Shown here: positions 44,856 through 55,840 of the stretch, piece by piece
How positions within the stretch are numbered: the stretch's first letter is position 1
How the letters are laid out: each line of letters begins with the position of its first letter
Source: a virus
Lineage: Duplodnaviria > Caudoviricetes
IMG/VR virus record: IMGVR_UViG_3300037492_000170
Span: 32,001 to 96,000 of that record
DNA length: 64,000 nucleotides
Strand: one strand, 5' to 3'
Made by a program: the position numbers and the translations under genes
The notes under the pieces: generated by a model
The model's input: only the letters and a program-made list of their open reading frames with translations
What the model was told of the DNA's origin: nothing
Database searches by the model: none

Positions 44856-47800
44856 CTAAATCCTACTACAAATAAAAGCCGGGTTCATAACCCTCGGAGT
44901 TCTGGCTCTATTTGAAGTCTCGAAATAAATCAATGGTCTCATCTGTTCAAACTCTGTAAGTGTGATTGTACCACCAGTACCGTATGTACCATTCCCTGCT
45001 ATATCAACCCCAGTTGTAGGATTGGTTAACTCAAAAGTATCGTCAGTGACATTCTTAATTCGAAAGGTCCCATTTGCATTAGTATTAACAGTGACACCGC
45101 TAATATCTACAACAGCACCCTCTTTGAACCCATGTTCTTCAGATGTTATCTCTATCACGGATGCATTAGTAGCACCAGTAACGGTAGCCTCGTCGGGAGT
45201 CTCAAACTCATATCTATAAAATGGGTCTGTGGTGATTTCTGGAATATATCCAGCTTTAGCACCAATCTCTACAAAAGTTACCCCATCATCTACAGAGTAT
45301 TTAGGAGTAATCGAGGTGACTCCCTCTCCATTAGACCCATCTGCGTAGACTTCCATAAAAGCTGCTATCTTATTTGGATACTCCAGCGCATCTGAAAAGA
45401 AGGAATTTCTGCCTACATAATTGGCGCTGACATCATGAAGCATAAACACAATACCAGCAACCTTGCTTATTATCTGGTAATTTCCACCCAAACTAGTGAC
45501 ATCAATCCTAAGTTGAACCTTATCGTAAACGGCTTCCAAGTCTACGTCGATATTGGGGTTATATGCTTCCCACGAATCCTCGAAGTCATCACCAGTTAGA
45601 GCTACTCGATAACTCCAAATAACATGTGTTCCTGGATAAATAAATTCTGTAACTGCTGTCACAAACCTCGATGCTTCTAATCCGGTAAGCCCATCGAAAA
45701 CTATACTACAATTCTCCTCGAAGTTAGACCTGTAGAGTTTGTACTTTATATCCTTCTTAGACATTGCTTCCCAAGTGGTATTATTAGCCGCGTGGAACAT
45801 TACCCCAGAAGCTGGTTGAGTTGTGATACGCGCACCAGTTATATAATCGAGCTGTCCTATTTCTTCACAAAACAATTCGTACCCAGTGTTATTACCACTT
45901 GGCATAATAACAAAGCAATACTCATTATTTGCTTGATACCCCAAGACATTGCTAAATGTGAATATCGTCTCTACTGAACTATTAGCAGATATGGAAACCT
46001 CTGATGGAGCTAATGTCTTTGAGGCATAAACATAAGGCCCCGGATACCCATTAATCATATTCCTAATCTGAACAGTAATCCCCTGTGTTGCATGTTTTGT
46101 CTGGAAATAAAGCCCCACCGCTGAAACATAGGTAAGCTCTGCGGGAACAAAGAAAGATTGTGCTAATGGGTCAAAAGTATTGTTAAAAGGAGTTATTGTA
46201 GTAACTGACCTAGTATCATCAACACATGCTTGCCTTAATATTGGAACATCATAACCAACAGTAGTGCCTTGTGAAGACGCAGTAAAACCAGAAGTGTAAA
46301 AAATGGTTTGCGCTGAAGATATATCATGTGAGGCATAATAGAATACATCAACGGCAATCTTACCTACTTGCACACCAGCGGGGACCTGGAACGTAGCCGT
46401 TAGATTACCATCATTACTGGTTCTGGCTGTAGACTTCGTTTTATAAGTATTTGAACCTGCACTACCATGCTTATTCACTGGCGTGGCATCATAAACTAAG
46501 TTTACAGGAACACCACCAAAAGTGCAGGCATGGTCAATATTAGGCATTAGGCCAGTTATGCTAACCTTTATCATAAACGGAGAGCCGTCTGCGTTTGTGG
46601 TCCGAGCCCTGCCCATGATAGAAATATCAACTATACGATTTCCTAAATCCATAGTTCTTGAGCCAGGAACCAATGAAGACTCTACTCCCTGCCTAGTTTC
46701 TGTTGTAGTAACATTAATTGTTCCAGCTATTTGACCATAACCACCTAATCCGAATACCCCAGGAGCAGCCTGATAAAGGGTAATAAGAGTTTCTTGTGAT
46801 ACACCCGAAACTCCCCAACTACCCCAGTTTATGTGATTAAACATCTCTGGGTCGGCAGCAAGTATGGATGCCCAATTATTATCCATTTCCACATTGAGCG
46901 CAGGCATCTGTGTCTTATCTATAAACGAATCTACAGGAGGGTCTAGCAACATAATCCCGTAGTAGTTCTCGTACATAAAGTCAGAGGCGCAATTCATTGT
47001 TATACTAGCATATGGCTGTGTCTGAATAACTTCAGGTTGGTAGTCCAGCATTATAGTATTATCTACTTCTCGAATACCATTGCTCTCAGCAACTGCTACT
47101 ATCAACTCCTGCTCATCAGTTGTTGCTGGCAACAATAGCCATTTATTGTGTCTATCTAATGCAGCCGAATATGTAATCCCACCTTTATCGAATGTAAGGT
47201 CCATCTTGTTGAAGCCGGTTAATGCATCTGTGAACAAGCCCTTAGTGTCCACTGCGGTAGGATGACCTGCTGCTTCTTTCTCAAGTGCGTTTATTGCGTT
47301 CCAATACTCTAACCTAACAATTCTATCTTCCAGATTTGCAATACCATACTGAGTTGTACGCATGGAATCAACAGGAAGTATTGTAACATCACCTTTATCA
47401 TATGTATAGGGTGGAACACAAACAACACCTATAGATAGAACCATCGGTTGGTCTTGTGGAATAGGCGCGTACTTAGACGGAGTTCCCTCAATAATTGCAA
47501 ACCTACTATTAGGATAAAGTACTACCTTATCTCGTCGAGGTAGGTAATATTCATAATCGAATACTGTAGACTGTCCGACTTCGGGCCAGATGCCTTCCGT
47601 CCTGAAATCTATGCAGTCCCTTAGATACCAGGTCTCATTGGGTGCCATTTCTATTTCTTCATATATATCATAGGAATCAGCACTCACATAATCACCCTCA
47701 GTACTATGATTCCAAAATTCGTATGTAACATAGTAAACAGCATTTGCTATAGGCTGCCCAGTTACGCCAGAATTTGGAGCGCCAGCAGCAGACCAATCTA

Positions 47801-50126
47801 TCTCGGAATCCTCATGTATAAGCGCGGTAGAATTCTTTAAAAACTCATAATCTGTATAATAAGTAACCGACTGAGCCGGAGTAGTTGTTACACGAAGAAT
47901 TCTAACTACATCAGTCGAGTTTCCAGACAGCCCTACAACTGCCTCATCATTTATAACTTTTTTGATGAAAGTTGCATCAGTAAATGTAAACTTATCCTGT
48001 GTATAATCAGCACCTTTCGTGACCTTAGCATCAGTCACCCTTACCAGTTCACGAATACCCTTTTCTGCGCTAATATTATAGGCATACTTGACATAATAAG
48101 TTGCACCGCTTCCTGGCTCGCTTCCTTGCACACCAGCAAAACTTATTGAATTTCCATCCTTGACAAAATCAGAGGTCTCTTCATAATCCCACTTCCCGTC
48201 GTGACAATTTGCCGCTGTATCGGCTGCACCAATAATATCCACTACTGTATCACTAACTAAAGCATCAATATGTGTCTGAGCATTATGTGTTACTGATTCA
48301 ACAACCTCAGTTCTGTAAACCATGTCTGTAACAGTCTTAACATAGGCATCATTCACTTCATATATTCTGGTCCCTATTGGATAATTTACCCCTGTAGATA
48401 GACCAAGTATTGTATAAGCATCCGTTGCAACTGCACTTATTGTAAGCGTCTTCCCATCAATAGCTTGTATTTTTAGATAGCCGCCAGCGGCAGTACATTC
48501 TACCAAGTCCCCATCTGTTGCATATGCATTCATTACTGCTTCGATTTGAGTTACAAGCTGCGCCGCTGTCTGTCCATTTCCAGAAAGAGTTACTGTATGA
48601 GCATTTCCAGAACCAACGGTTAACTTTATATTAAGCGTATCTACAGCATAATTCTGCGGATTAGTGCAAATTACATAACCACCATCAGCACTAAAACTAT
48701 CTGTACCACTTCCATTAATTGCTTTTACAGTTCGTGCTTTATTAATTACACAGGTCTGCGTTGTATCAATTTGGACTTCGTGCCCATTGGGATATGCCTT
48801 ACCAGAACCAATATTCAAGTATAACTTTGTGTCATCTGTATCATGGTCAGTTATACTCAATGGGAAATTCTTAACTGTAAAGGAGCCAGAGACATCATAA
48901 GTTCGTCGGTCAATCATATCGTAGAGTTCAGAATATTCTGGGGGTATCCTTGTTTCTAATACCGCCCCGTCGTTAAACTCTGCAATCACAAGAAGATTGG
49001 TGTCCAATGTAGTCTCTATTGACCACTCGACCAATGATATTATCCTATCTGCACCAGGAAGATTGTACATCTCGGCTGGAATATTATCGTCTATATTTCG
49101 AAGTTTCACGTCATCAGTGTAATCCACCACATCAGTAGTCACAACGATACCAGCATACTCTGTTCCTGTTCCACTGATTGTCAACGAGGTTGCCGGTACT
49201 GGTATATGCCTACCATCAAGATAAATCTTCCCCGCTGAGAAGCTCCATAACAAACTAGTAGTCTCAATAAATAATGCCTTATATGTGTACGAAGTAGTTC
49301 CGGGAGTGCCTTCAACTGTTGCAGTTATTGCATCAGGAACTGGAACACTTCCCCCAACTACATCAACTGGAAGTGTGGAAAACGCTTGCCCTACATCATA
49401 AAACTCATTTACTGTCGCTTTGCACCAACCCAAATACTGATAAGTCCCAGATGAAAGTTTATAAAATCGAATAGAGCTGACTCCGGCGGGTATTGTATCA
49501 ACCACCAACTTAATTCTATTAGTAGTGCTTAGTGTAGCGTGTCCAGTAGCAACAACTGTAGCAGTGCAAAATCCAGATACCTTGAAGATATGTTGTGGTT
49601 TACAACCCTCCATAATATCGCCGTTTTTATGATAAGCACTACCAAACTCAGCCATTGCTTCGGTATTCATTGCTTGCTGGTCAACAAGTTCCATTCTCTG
49701 AAGTGGTCTGTCCGTCCTATAACCAATGAATCTCCAGTCCTCCCGACCACTTGTATTCGTAGTAGCAGGAACCACTGAAGTTACAGCTTGCCCTTCGTCG
49801 TACAAAGCATTTACAGCCGCAGTACACTGACCAATATACTTAAATACTCCGGTGGTACTTCTAAAGAAGTTTATATAACGAACACCTGCGGGAACCGACT
49901 CCACTTGTAGAAGTATCCTATTGGTACCATCGCAAGTAGCATTACCGGTAGCTATAGAAGCAGTTGCACTAGCAGTAGTATCACCATTAATGGTAGTAAA
50001 TGTTGCTTGATACTCATATGTAGTTGCTCCAGGAGTCCCTGAAACTACAGGTGTCTTTAATACCGGAACTGCTAAATTAGGAAAGTATCTCAAGTTGTAA
50101 GCGTGCAAACTGTCTAAAATTGCCAT
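44856..50126 (-). CDS. DUF4815-like baseplate/tail protein (1756 aa)
   Basis: RPLQRMEL, PGADR, RRTYDVSGSFTV, YYLPRRD, LEDRIVRLEY and DPLAQSF motifs. Confidence 0.85.
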   Translation of the reverse strand: MAILDSLHAYNLRYFPNLAVPVLKTPVVSGTPGATTYEYQATFTTINGDTTASATASIATGNATCDGTNRILLQVESVPAGVRYINFFRSTTGVFKYIGQCTAAVNALYDEGQAVTSVVPATTNTSGREDWRFIGYRTDRPLQRMELVDQQAMNTEAMAEFGSAYHKNGDIMEGCKPQHIFKVSGFCTATVVATGHATLSTTNRIKLVVDTIPAGVSSIRFYKLSSGTYQYLGWCKATVNEFYDVGQAFSTLPVDVVGGSVPVPDAITATVEGTPGTTSYTYKALFIETTSLLWSFSAGKIYLDGRHIPVPATSLTISGTGTEYAGIVVTTDVVDYTDDVKLRNIDDNIPAEMYNLPGADRIISLVEWSIETTLDTNLLVIAEFNDGAVLETRIPPEYSELYDMIDRRTYDVSGSFTVKNFPLSITDHDTDDTKLYLNIGSGKAYPNGHEVQIDTTQTCVINKARTVKAINGSGTDSFSADGGYVICTNPQNYAVDTLNIKLTVGSGNAHTVTLSGNGQTAAQLVTQIEAVMNAYATDGDLVECTAAGGYLKIQAIDGKTLTISAVATDAYTILGLSTGVNYPIGTRIYEVNDAYVKTVTDMVYRTEVVESVTHNAQTHIDALVSDTVVDIIGAADTAANCHDGKWDYEETSDFVKDGNSISFAGVQGSEPGSGATYYVKYAYNISAEKGIRELVRVTDAKVTKGADYTQDKFTFTDATFIKKVINDEAVVGLSGNSTDVVRILRVTTTPAQSVTYYTDYEFLKNSTALIHEDSEIDWSAAGAPNSGVTGQPIANAVYYVTYEFWNHSTEGDYVSADSYDIYEEIEMAPNETWYLRDCIDFRTEGIWPEVGQSTVFDYEYYLPRRDKVVLYPNSRFAIIEGTPSKYAPIPQDQPMVLSIGVVCVPPYTYDKGDVTILPVDSMRTTQYGIANLEDRIVRLEYWNAINALEKEAAGHPTAVDTKGLFTDALTGFNKMDLTFDKGGITYSAALDRHNKWLLLPATTDEQELIVAVAESNGIREVDNTIMLDYQPEVIQTQPYASITMNCASDFMYENYYGIMLLDPPVDSFIDKTQMPALNVEMDNNWASILAADPEMFNHINWGSWGVSGVSQETLITLYQAAPGVFGLGGYGQIAGTINVTTTETRQGVESSLVPGSRTMDLGNRIVDISIMGRARTTNADGSPFMIKVSITGLMPNIDHACTFGGVPVNLVYDATPVNKHGSAGSNTYKTKSTARTSNDGNLTATFQVPAGVQVGKIAVDVFYYASHDISSAQTIFYTSGFTASSQGTTVGYDVPILRQACVDDTRSVTTITPFNNTFDPLAQSFFVPAELTYVSAVGLYFQTKHATQGITVQIRNMINGYPGPYVYASKTLAPSEVSISANSSVETIFTFSNVLGYQANNEYCFVIMPSGNNTGYELFCEEIGQLDYITGARITTQPASGVMFHAANNTTWEAMSKKDIKYKLYRSNFEENCSIVFDGLTGLEASRFVTAVTEFIYPGTHVIWSYRVALTGDDFEDSWEAYNPNIDVDLEAVYDKVQLRIDVTSLGGNYQIISKVAGIVFMLHDVSANYVGRNSFFSDALEYPNKIAAFMEVYADGSNGEGVTSITPKYSVDDGVTFVEIGAKAGYIPEITTDPFYRYEFETPDEATVTGATNASVIEITSEEHGFKEGAVVDISGVTVNTNANGTFRIKNVTDDTFELTNPTTGVDIAGNGTYGTGGTITLTEFEQMRPLIYFETSNRARTPRVMNPAFICSRI

Positions 50127-50137
50127 ATTAATTCCTC

Positions 50138-50716
50138 TTAATATTCATATGGTGTAAGAACACCGTACCCATCGTCAACGTAGATATACCACACCTCGCC
50201 CGCAGCGCGTGTTGGAAGAAAGTCTTCCAGAAAATTAGGAAGGTCTAGATCTGTATCAACAATTAGTTTTCTCGCACCTGGATGATAGAGATTAGCGCCC
50301 ATCAAATAGGAAGATGCTCCGCCTGGGCATCCCTGAGAACCTGGAACAATAATCTGGCTCATCATGTCTACGCTGCTCCAAGTCTCTCCTCCATGCCGTT
50401 CCACTAAATCCGCTATCTCATTCCAAGTTCCTTTGAAAGAGTGCCTAGTAACCGCTACGCTCGTCTTGGCTCGATTCCACTCAGTCGTGTTAGAGGACCG
50501 AACATCAAAAACATGCCCTACAGCATCGCCTTTGTACTGAATGAATCTGTCATCTGCTCTGTCTATATTCCTAGATGCAAGAAGTTCAATAACAAGATCA
50601 GATACTCTATCGAACTCAGTATCCCAGATACCAAGATACCTTTCAAGAATACCCTGGCTGTCTAGGCGTGCCCATATATGAGGTAAACGGTCGAATAAAG
50701 GGACTCTATTAGACAT
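50138..50716 (-). CDS. baseplate wedge protein (P2 gpI-like)
   Basis: LFDRLP..W..LD...LERYL, FKGT and RAAG motifs; follows gpJ. Confidence 0.75.
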   Translation of the reverse strand: MSNRVPLFDRLPHIWARLDSQGILERYLGIWDTEFDRVSDLVIELLASRNIDRADDRFIQYKGDAVGHVFDVRSSNTTEWNRAKTSVAVTRHSFKGTWNEIADLVERHGGETWSSVDMMSQIIVPGSQGCPGGASSYLMGANLYHPGARKLIVDTDLDLPNFLEDFLPTRAAGEVWYIYVDDGYGVLTPYEY

Positions 50717-52118
50717 ATGAAACGCTCACTGTTCCAAGCACTGGAACTGCCCCTATTACACCGGCGACATCAACAATAGGTGCAATAAAACTAAAGTAAT
50801 CCACACCCGCAACTTTAGAAATAGTCTCAGTAAGTTCGAGTAAGGTTATTCCATCACCAACCTCTATCATACCTGGTAACAACGCCGCTGTCAATGCAGT
50901 AGTGATATAGGTAGATACGGTGTTTTCCGAATAACCCTTCCTTTTACCAACTCTTAAAGATATATCCAAAGGAGTTTCAGTCACATCACTGATAACGTAC
51001 CTACCACTCCAATTTCCAAATGCTCCCCACTCGGCACAAGCATCTTCTATTGTAGTCTTGAGATTATTTGAGAGTGTCCCACCACCGGAAGGATATACAT
51101 AAATGAAAATATAAAGGTAGGGCCAATCCGAACCACTATTCCTATCTATAGCTTGGACAGATACTACACCAGTGATAGCAGATACCATTGCTTCATAATC
51201 AGCAACAGTCAAGCCCCTTCGTTGTGTACGCGCGAGTCTAGGTATCCTACTACGTAAAGATTCTACGGATTCAATATCGCTCCCACCAGTAGCAGCAACA
51301 AGATTACTAACAGTCACAAGAAAATCCCGGTCAACACTTGTAATAGTACCAATACCACAGTTACCTATTAAACCATCTGATTTTACATAAGTGATTGTAG
51401 CGGTAGTTGGGGGTGTCGCTGTACCATATATTCCATCACCCAATGTTAAGAAACAGCAATTCTCCACACCCTCATAAGTATCCGCATTTAAATCTACTCT
51501 AAAGTGTGTATCGTCCGCTTGTGAATTAAAGAAAGTATCAACCCTTGTCCACTCCTGTTGTGTATTATCAATCATCTCTACAGTTGATTCAACAACCCCA
51601 ACCCCTAAATTATAACGCATTCGCATACTTGAGTCTATACTATCAAAATCACTAGCAATTACAGATGCAGACTCATAGGTTCCTTGGAGTGCAGGTACTT
51701 GCACACTATTCTCATTAGTCTCAAGTATAGCTTCTTCAGTAATTGAATAAATCAAACCATCTGCCCGCGAAAATACACTCTCCTCTGGGATAACAATCCT
51801 AGCAGCAGTATCGCCCCTAGTTATAGTTAATGTAGTAGCAGCGGGGGATGTTAACATAGGTCTAATATCAACCATACTTCCTAAATCAATAAGGGACTGT
51901 AAAAACCGGGCAGTATTAATAAAACCTTCGATGAATGCCTCATCAATATAAAATCCCAGCATGTCGGTTTCGCGTGCTAACAAACGAATTAATGAAATTC
52001 CACCATCAGAATGATTCCTATCTGTAAGTTCAGGGACTTCTTCAGTAAGGATAGTAAGCAGCCGTTCAAAGTTTGATGTGTAGTCCCTTTGTGAAAAATT
52101 TGTATATATGTCAGCCAT
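50709..52118 (-). CDS. baseplate wedge protein (gpJ/T4 gp6-like)
   Basis: RDY, GDGIYG..P, ATGGSDIES and RGLTVADY motifs. Confidence 0.9.
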   Translation of the reverse strand: MADIYTNFSQRDYTSNFERLLTILTEEVPELTDRNHSDGGISLIRLLARETDMLGFYIDEAFIEGFINTARFLQSLIDLGSMVDIRPMLTSPAATTLTITRGDTAARIVIPEESVFSRADGLIYSITEEAILETNENSVQVPALQGTYESASVIASDFDSIDSSMRMRYNLGVGVVESTVEMIDNTQQEWTRVDTFFNSQADDTHFRVDLNADTYEGVENCCFLTLGDGIYGTATPPTTATITYVKSDGLIGNCGIGTITSVDRDFLVTVSNLVAATGGSDIESVESLRSRIPRLARTQRRGLTVADYEAMVSAITGVVSVQAIDRNSGSDWPYLYIFIYVYPSGGGTLSNNLKTTIEDACAEWGAFGNWSGRYVISDVTETPLDISLRVGKRKGYSENTVSTYITTALTAALLPGMIEVGDGITLLELTETISKVAGVDYFSFIAPIVDVAGVIGAVPVLGTVSVSYV

Positions 52119-53028
52119 TTACTATCTCCATCATGATACGTTGTTTAGATGGAATACGTAAGGAAGCACTAAGCGGGGGGTCTCCCAATGTATCCATATG
52201 CTCCCTATTTAGACCAGCAGCAGCAGAATCAGCAATATAATTCCTTGCAAGAACGTACCAATAGCGAATATCTCCATAAAATTTCCATGATAAAGACAGC
52301 CAGGTGTCCCCTCTAATTATTGTGTGGTAAGAGTCCCCAGATGATAAACTCAGGTTCTTATAAGGCATTATTCTAGTATAAGGACTGCCGTCTCGCACAC
52401 TTGTTGGACCTCCCTTATACCTACTCACATAATCATGCCCGGCCGCATCAATATTACCGGATGGATATTCCTGCAATCTAGAAACCCTATCTGTAACAAA
52501 AGGAGAGACAAGATTCCCCGGCACTTGTCTGGTAACAAAATCAATAGTAACCCACATGGGAACTTCGCCTAAATCAGCTTGCCTTCCTGTAGTCTTCCAC
52601 CTGACTCCGCTAAATCTACCATATTTATTACTATCCCCCTCATACCCGATAGTATCAAACATATCCGGTATACGTGCTCGTTTTTCCCATCTTACTGTAG
52701 AGGTTTTGAAATACACTTCTGCTATCTGCCTAAATTCGTATGTGTTTGGTTCAAACAATATCATGAATATATAAGAACCGAACTCAGGAAGTGTATCATG
52801 CTCACCTGGTCTTGTCAAGAGTATATGTGCAATTGATTCCGCTATATGATTTACATTAGGAGTAACAGTTTCTCGTATGGACCAACTATCTTGTAAGTAT
52901 TCCAAAGCCACAGAAGTAGCATCAGTATTTCCTGCCGTAGTTACAACTCCACCTGTAGATGGATTAAGTCTAAATGGAAACCCCAAACCCCGACCGTAAA
53001 CTGGGAGTTCGGTTGTTTTTCTACTCAT
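52111..53028 (-). CDS. gp25/gpW-like baseplate protein fused to LysM-like domain
   Basis: GLGFPF, ILLTRPGE...PEFGS, WEKR; C-terminal GDTWLSLSWKFYGD..W..LA...LRIP. Confidence 0.85.
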   Translation of the reverse strand: MSRKTTELPVYGRGLGFPFRLNPSTGGVVTTAGNTDATSVALEYLQDSWSIRETVTPNVNHIAESIAHILLTRPGEHDTLPEFGSYIFMILFEPNTYEFRQIAEVYFKTSTVRWEKRARIPDMFDTIGYEGDSNKYGRFSGVRWKTTGRQADLGEVPMWVTIDFVTRQVPGNLVSPFVTDRVSRLQEYPSGNIDAAGHDYVSRYKGGPTSVRDGSPYTRIMPYKNLSLSSGDSYHTIIRGDTWLSLSWKFYGDIRYWYVLARNYIADSAAAGLNREHMDTLGDPPLSASLRIPSKQRIMMEIVNG

Positions 53029-54011
53029 GCGGTTGAAACCTCACTAAATAATGATTCCTTAGATGCCTTTACTAACAGATCCGTTACAGGTTTTATCATA
53101 CTTTCCTCAACAGGAAAGTATAAGTCTTCCTGAATAATAGTCTTGGTTGACTTCATATCCCCTGTCTTACCACGAAGTTTAAGCTGAAATTTATTTGCGC
53201 CGCTGCCGACAGAAAAAATAATTGAGCCCCCATCTTTAGACGACATGATTATTGATGGACCAGTGTTTGCATTTTTACTGTCAGCGCATCTAATTATCAT
53301 ACCGCTGCCATCTTCGGCATCTATCATTGTTATACCAGAACCATTCTGCCCCAGTAACCGAACATACCCAGCCTTATCCTTAAAAATTTCGCCGGGGGCT
53401 TTTTGTGTCCCATCAGCCTGAGTGTCTGTATTTCGCGTATATACTCCAGGTGGTCTGGGTTTAGTCTCCTCTCCCTCTTTCTGTGTCGGCTCCTTCCCCT
53501 TAATTCCACCATTAAAAACTAAACAACCGGAAGGACCTTGTATTATAAGTTGCTCTTTATTAACAGTAGTTGTTATTGTCAGCCCAGATCCATCAGGTGT
53601 TTTGAGTTGATAAATATTATGACCTTGCTTCTTCTTTATAGCGTTTGCAGTCTCTTTAGGTAGTAATCCTACCTTGCTATCTTTAGACTCAGAAGATGGA
53701 CCAGCGGGAAACACAATTTGGTTCATTGGGTCTCCGTCAATATTAACAAGAACACCCCTTTGCCTTGGAGACATGGGCCAGGATATACCAGTATCGCCTT
53801 TATTATGTGTGCCACCAATCGGCATACCACCTACTTCAACCCAACTAGTATAGTTTTCCTTCCCAACTCCACTCTTAACAGGGCACTCAACTTGTACCCT
53901 ATTATCCCCCTTGGGGTCTCCTTCTGTTTTACGAATAACACAATCGCTAAAAGTGACAGCTTTTAGAATATTCCCAGCATCTGGATTAACTATTGTTGGT
54001 GTTTCCCACAT
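53025..54011 (-). CDS. baseplate spike protein (gpV/gp5 OB-fold)
   Basis: DPKGDNRVQVECP...SW...G..WP...DGDP, followed by beta-strand repeats. Confidence 0.75.
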   Translation of the reverse strand: MWETPTIVNPDAGNILKAVTFSDCVIRKTEGDPKGDNRVQVECPVKSGVGKENYTSWVEVGGMPIGGTHNKGDTGISWPMSPRQRGVLVNIDGDPMNQIVFPAGPSSESKDSKVGLLPKETANAIKKKQGHNIYQLKTPDGSGLTITTTVNKEQLIIQGPSGCLVFNGGIKGKEPTQKEGEETKPRPPGVYTRNTDTQADGTQKAPGEIFKDKAGYVRLLGQNGSGITMIDAEDGSGMIIRCADSKNANTGPSIIMSSKDGGSIIFSVGSGANKFQLKLRGKTGDMKSTKTIIQEDLYFPVEESMIKPVTDLLVKASKESLFSEVSTA

Positions 54012-54013
54012 TA

Positions 54014-54274
54014 TTATGTCCTATCCACCGATGCATTTGCGCCATCCTTTTTTACCCCGCCACCTTTAGCCTTTTCAGCACCTCCCCGTGACTGAGTAGT
54101 TGACATGGTAAACTTTGCTGATACTATAGTGCTATCATCTTTACCAAACGAAACTGTAGCCTGACTTCCAGCATCTAGGTCTCTGGGTCCAATATTAATG
54201 TCACCGCCCCCATATATATCAGAGTTAATAACTACCTTACCTTTACCTTTTTTTGTTTTTTTAGCTTGTGTCAT
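54014..54274 (-). CDS. small baseplate-associated protein
   Basis: Coupled to the hub gene; similar C-terminal motif. Confidence 0.55.
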   Translation of the reverse strand: MTQAKKTKKGKGKVVINSDIYGGGDINIGPRDLDAGSQATVSFGKDDSTIVSAKFTMSTTQSRGGAEKAKGGGVKKDGANASVDRT

Positions 54275-55368
54275 GTTCTAGCCACCGAAGAGTTCATTCC
54301 TTGTTTTACAGAGGACCCTTTCTTATTCCCCTCCTGCTTCTCATCTGGTTCATTTCTCATCACATGTAGTGTAGTAGAACCACCGTGTCCTTCCTCCCAA
54401 CCATGTGTACATGTTTGAACATACCAACCACCAGAATTCTCTGGTCCTAAATTATCAAATTCAATTCCCTTCTTTGCGCGAAGTTCAGGAGACCAGTATA
54501 GGACCACATCTCCGCGCACTGACTTACCTTTACTGGCATTCTGTGCTGCATTAGCCCTGTTATTATCCACTGAATTAGTATCAGATGAAGAACCATAATC
54601 GTAAGTCAAATCACCACCAGCAGCCGCTCCAGCGGCAGCACCAGCAACTCCTCCACTGCCAGCCCCTCCTCCACTACCGGCAGCAGCTCCTGCAGCAGCT
54701 CCTGCAGCTCCGCCCTTGCCTCCATCTGGTTTCTTTCCGTTTTTTTCCTCACGACCAACCCCAGAATTAAGCGCTGTACCTGTCATACACATTGCTTTTG
54801 GCGCGCACGAGGGAGCCTTGAATTCTCCAATATTAAACATAGTCTGCTCTGCGTTATATTGACTGGTAGTTTTACACATATTGGTTAATTCACCTATAAT
54901 ACTCCATACAGTACCATTACACGGGAGTTTTACACCATTACCAAAATCAGGACTTTGAAGGTCTACTTTTACACTAGCCTTATTATCAACAGCAGCCTCA
55001 ACAGTCTCCTTTATAGCTTTAACTGCATCTGTTCCTTCTTTATACATACCTTTCATAGATTTCCCATCAATATTTGCTATTATATCTTGCCCAAGAATCT
55101 CTATAGTTAATGCTTTATCAGAATAAGTCTCTGTGACCCCTTGAATTTTAAGTTTTGCTGTGTTTGATAAATCATTTGGTGTTCCGAACATAACCTCGAT
55201 ATCACCATCTAATTGAAATAAACCACTAAATAACATATCAATGTTAACTATAGTTATATTGCAAGAAGACATCCCATCATCAACTTCCTTAACCGACCAT
55301 TTAGATACAATTTTCGTTATATCTGTCTCGGCTACCTTAACAATAAAATCACACTCTTTATCATACAT
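54271..55368 (-). CDS. baseplate hub protein (gpD/gp27-like)
   Basis: DITK..., PELRAK...LG...SGGWYVQTCTH motifs; position in the tail module. Confidence 0.75.
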   Translation of the reverse strand: MYDKECDFIVKVAETDITKIVSKWSVKEVDDGMSSCNITIVNIDMLFSGLFQLDGDIEVMFGTPNDLSNTAKLKIQGVTETYSDKALTIEILGQDIIANIDGKSMKGMYKEGTDAVKAIKETVEAAVDNKASVKVDLQSPDFGNGVKLPCNGTVWSIIGELTNMCKTTSQYNAEQTMFNIGEFKAPSCAPKAMCMTGTALNSGVGREEKNGKKPDGGKGGAAGAAAGAAAGSGGGAGSGGVAGAAAGAAAGGDLTYDYGSSSDTNSVDNNRANAAQNASKGKSVRGDVVLYWSPELRAKKGIEFDNLGPENSGGWYVQTCTHGWEEGHGGSTTLHVMRNEPDEKQEGNKKGSSVKQGMNSSVART

Positions 55369-55820
55369 TACGCGGTTAACCTCAGAATTGTAACTGCAAT
55401 TGTTGCATTATATGGTAAAAGAGTATCTGGGTTAGCTAAAGTTTTGTAGTGTACATCCACTTTATCTACTACACCATATATTGATAATGAAGCACCTGAA
55501 ATAAACATAATCTTCGGTGGTCTCTTAACATTGCCACCAGATTCAGTAGTATCAGCTAACGCTATAAGACTATCTGCAAAACCTCGAACAAAGAAATCAG
55601 AGTTATTATCCCTAGAAACATCTATGGAAAAATGCACTATGTGGCTTGAACCACATGTATATTGTAAGAACGGCTCGTTATTACCAGCTGCTTTCATAGG
55701 ATGCCACTGAGCTGACCTTGAATATTGAATGGTTGCTGGGTTCCATTGAAAAATAACCGGGGAAGCCCCACCATCGACTGGTATTATCATACCTTTAGTA
55801 AAATTAGGTGAGTATGGCAT
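55368..55820 (-). CDS. tail tube initiator-like protein
   Basis: FQWNP.TI.YSR, LQY..G and RPPKIMF motifs. Confidence 0.75.
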   Translation of the reverse strand: MPYSPNFTKGMIIPVDGGASPVIFQWNPATIQYSRSAQWHPMKAAGNNEPFLQYTCGSSHIVHFSIDVSRDNNSDFFVRGFADSLIALADTTESGGNVKRPPKIMFISGASLSIYGVVDKVDVHYKTLANPDTLLPYNATIAVTILRLTA

Positions 55821-55840
55821 TTATATAGATAACATCCTTA

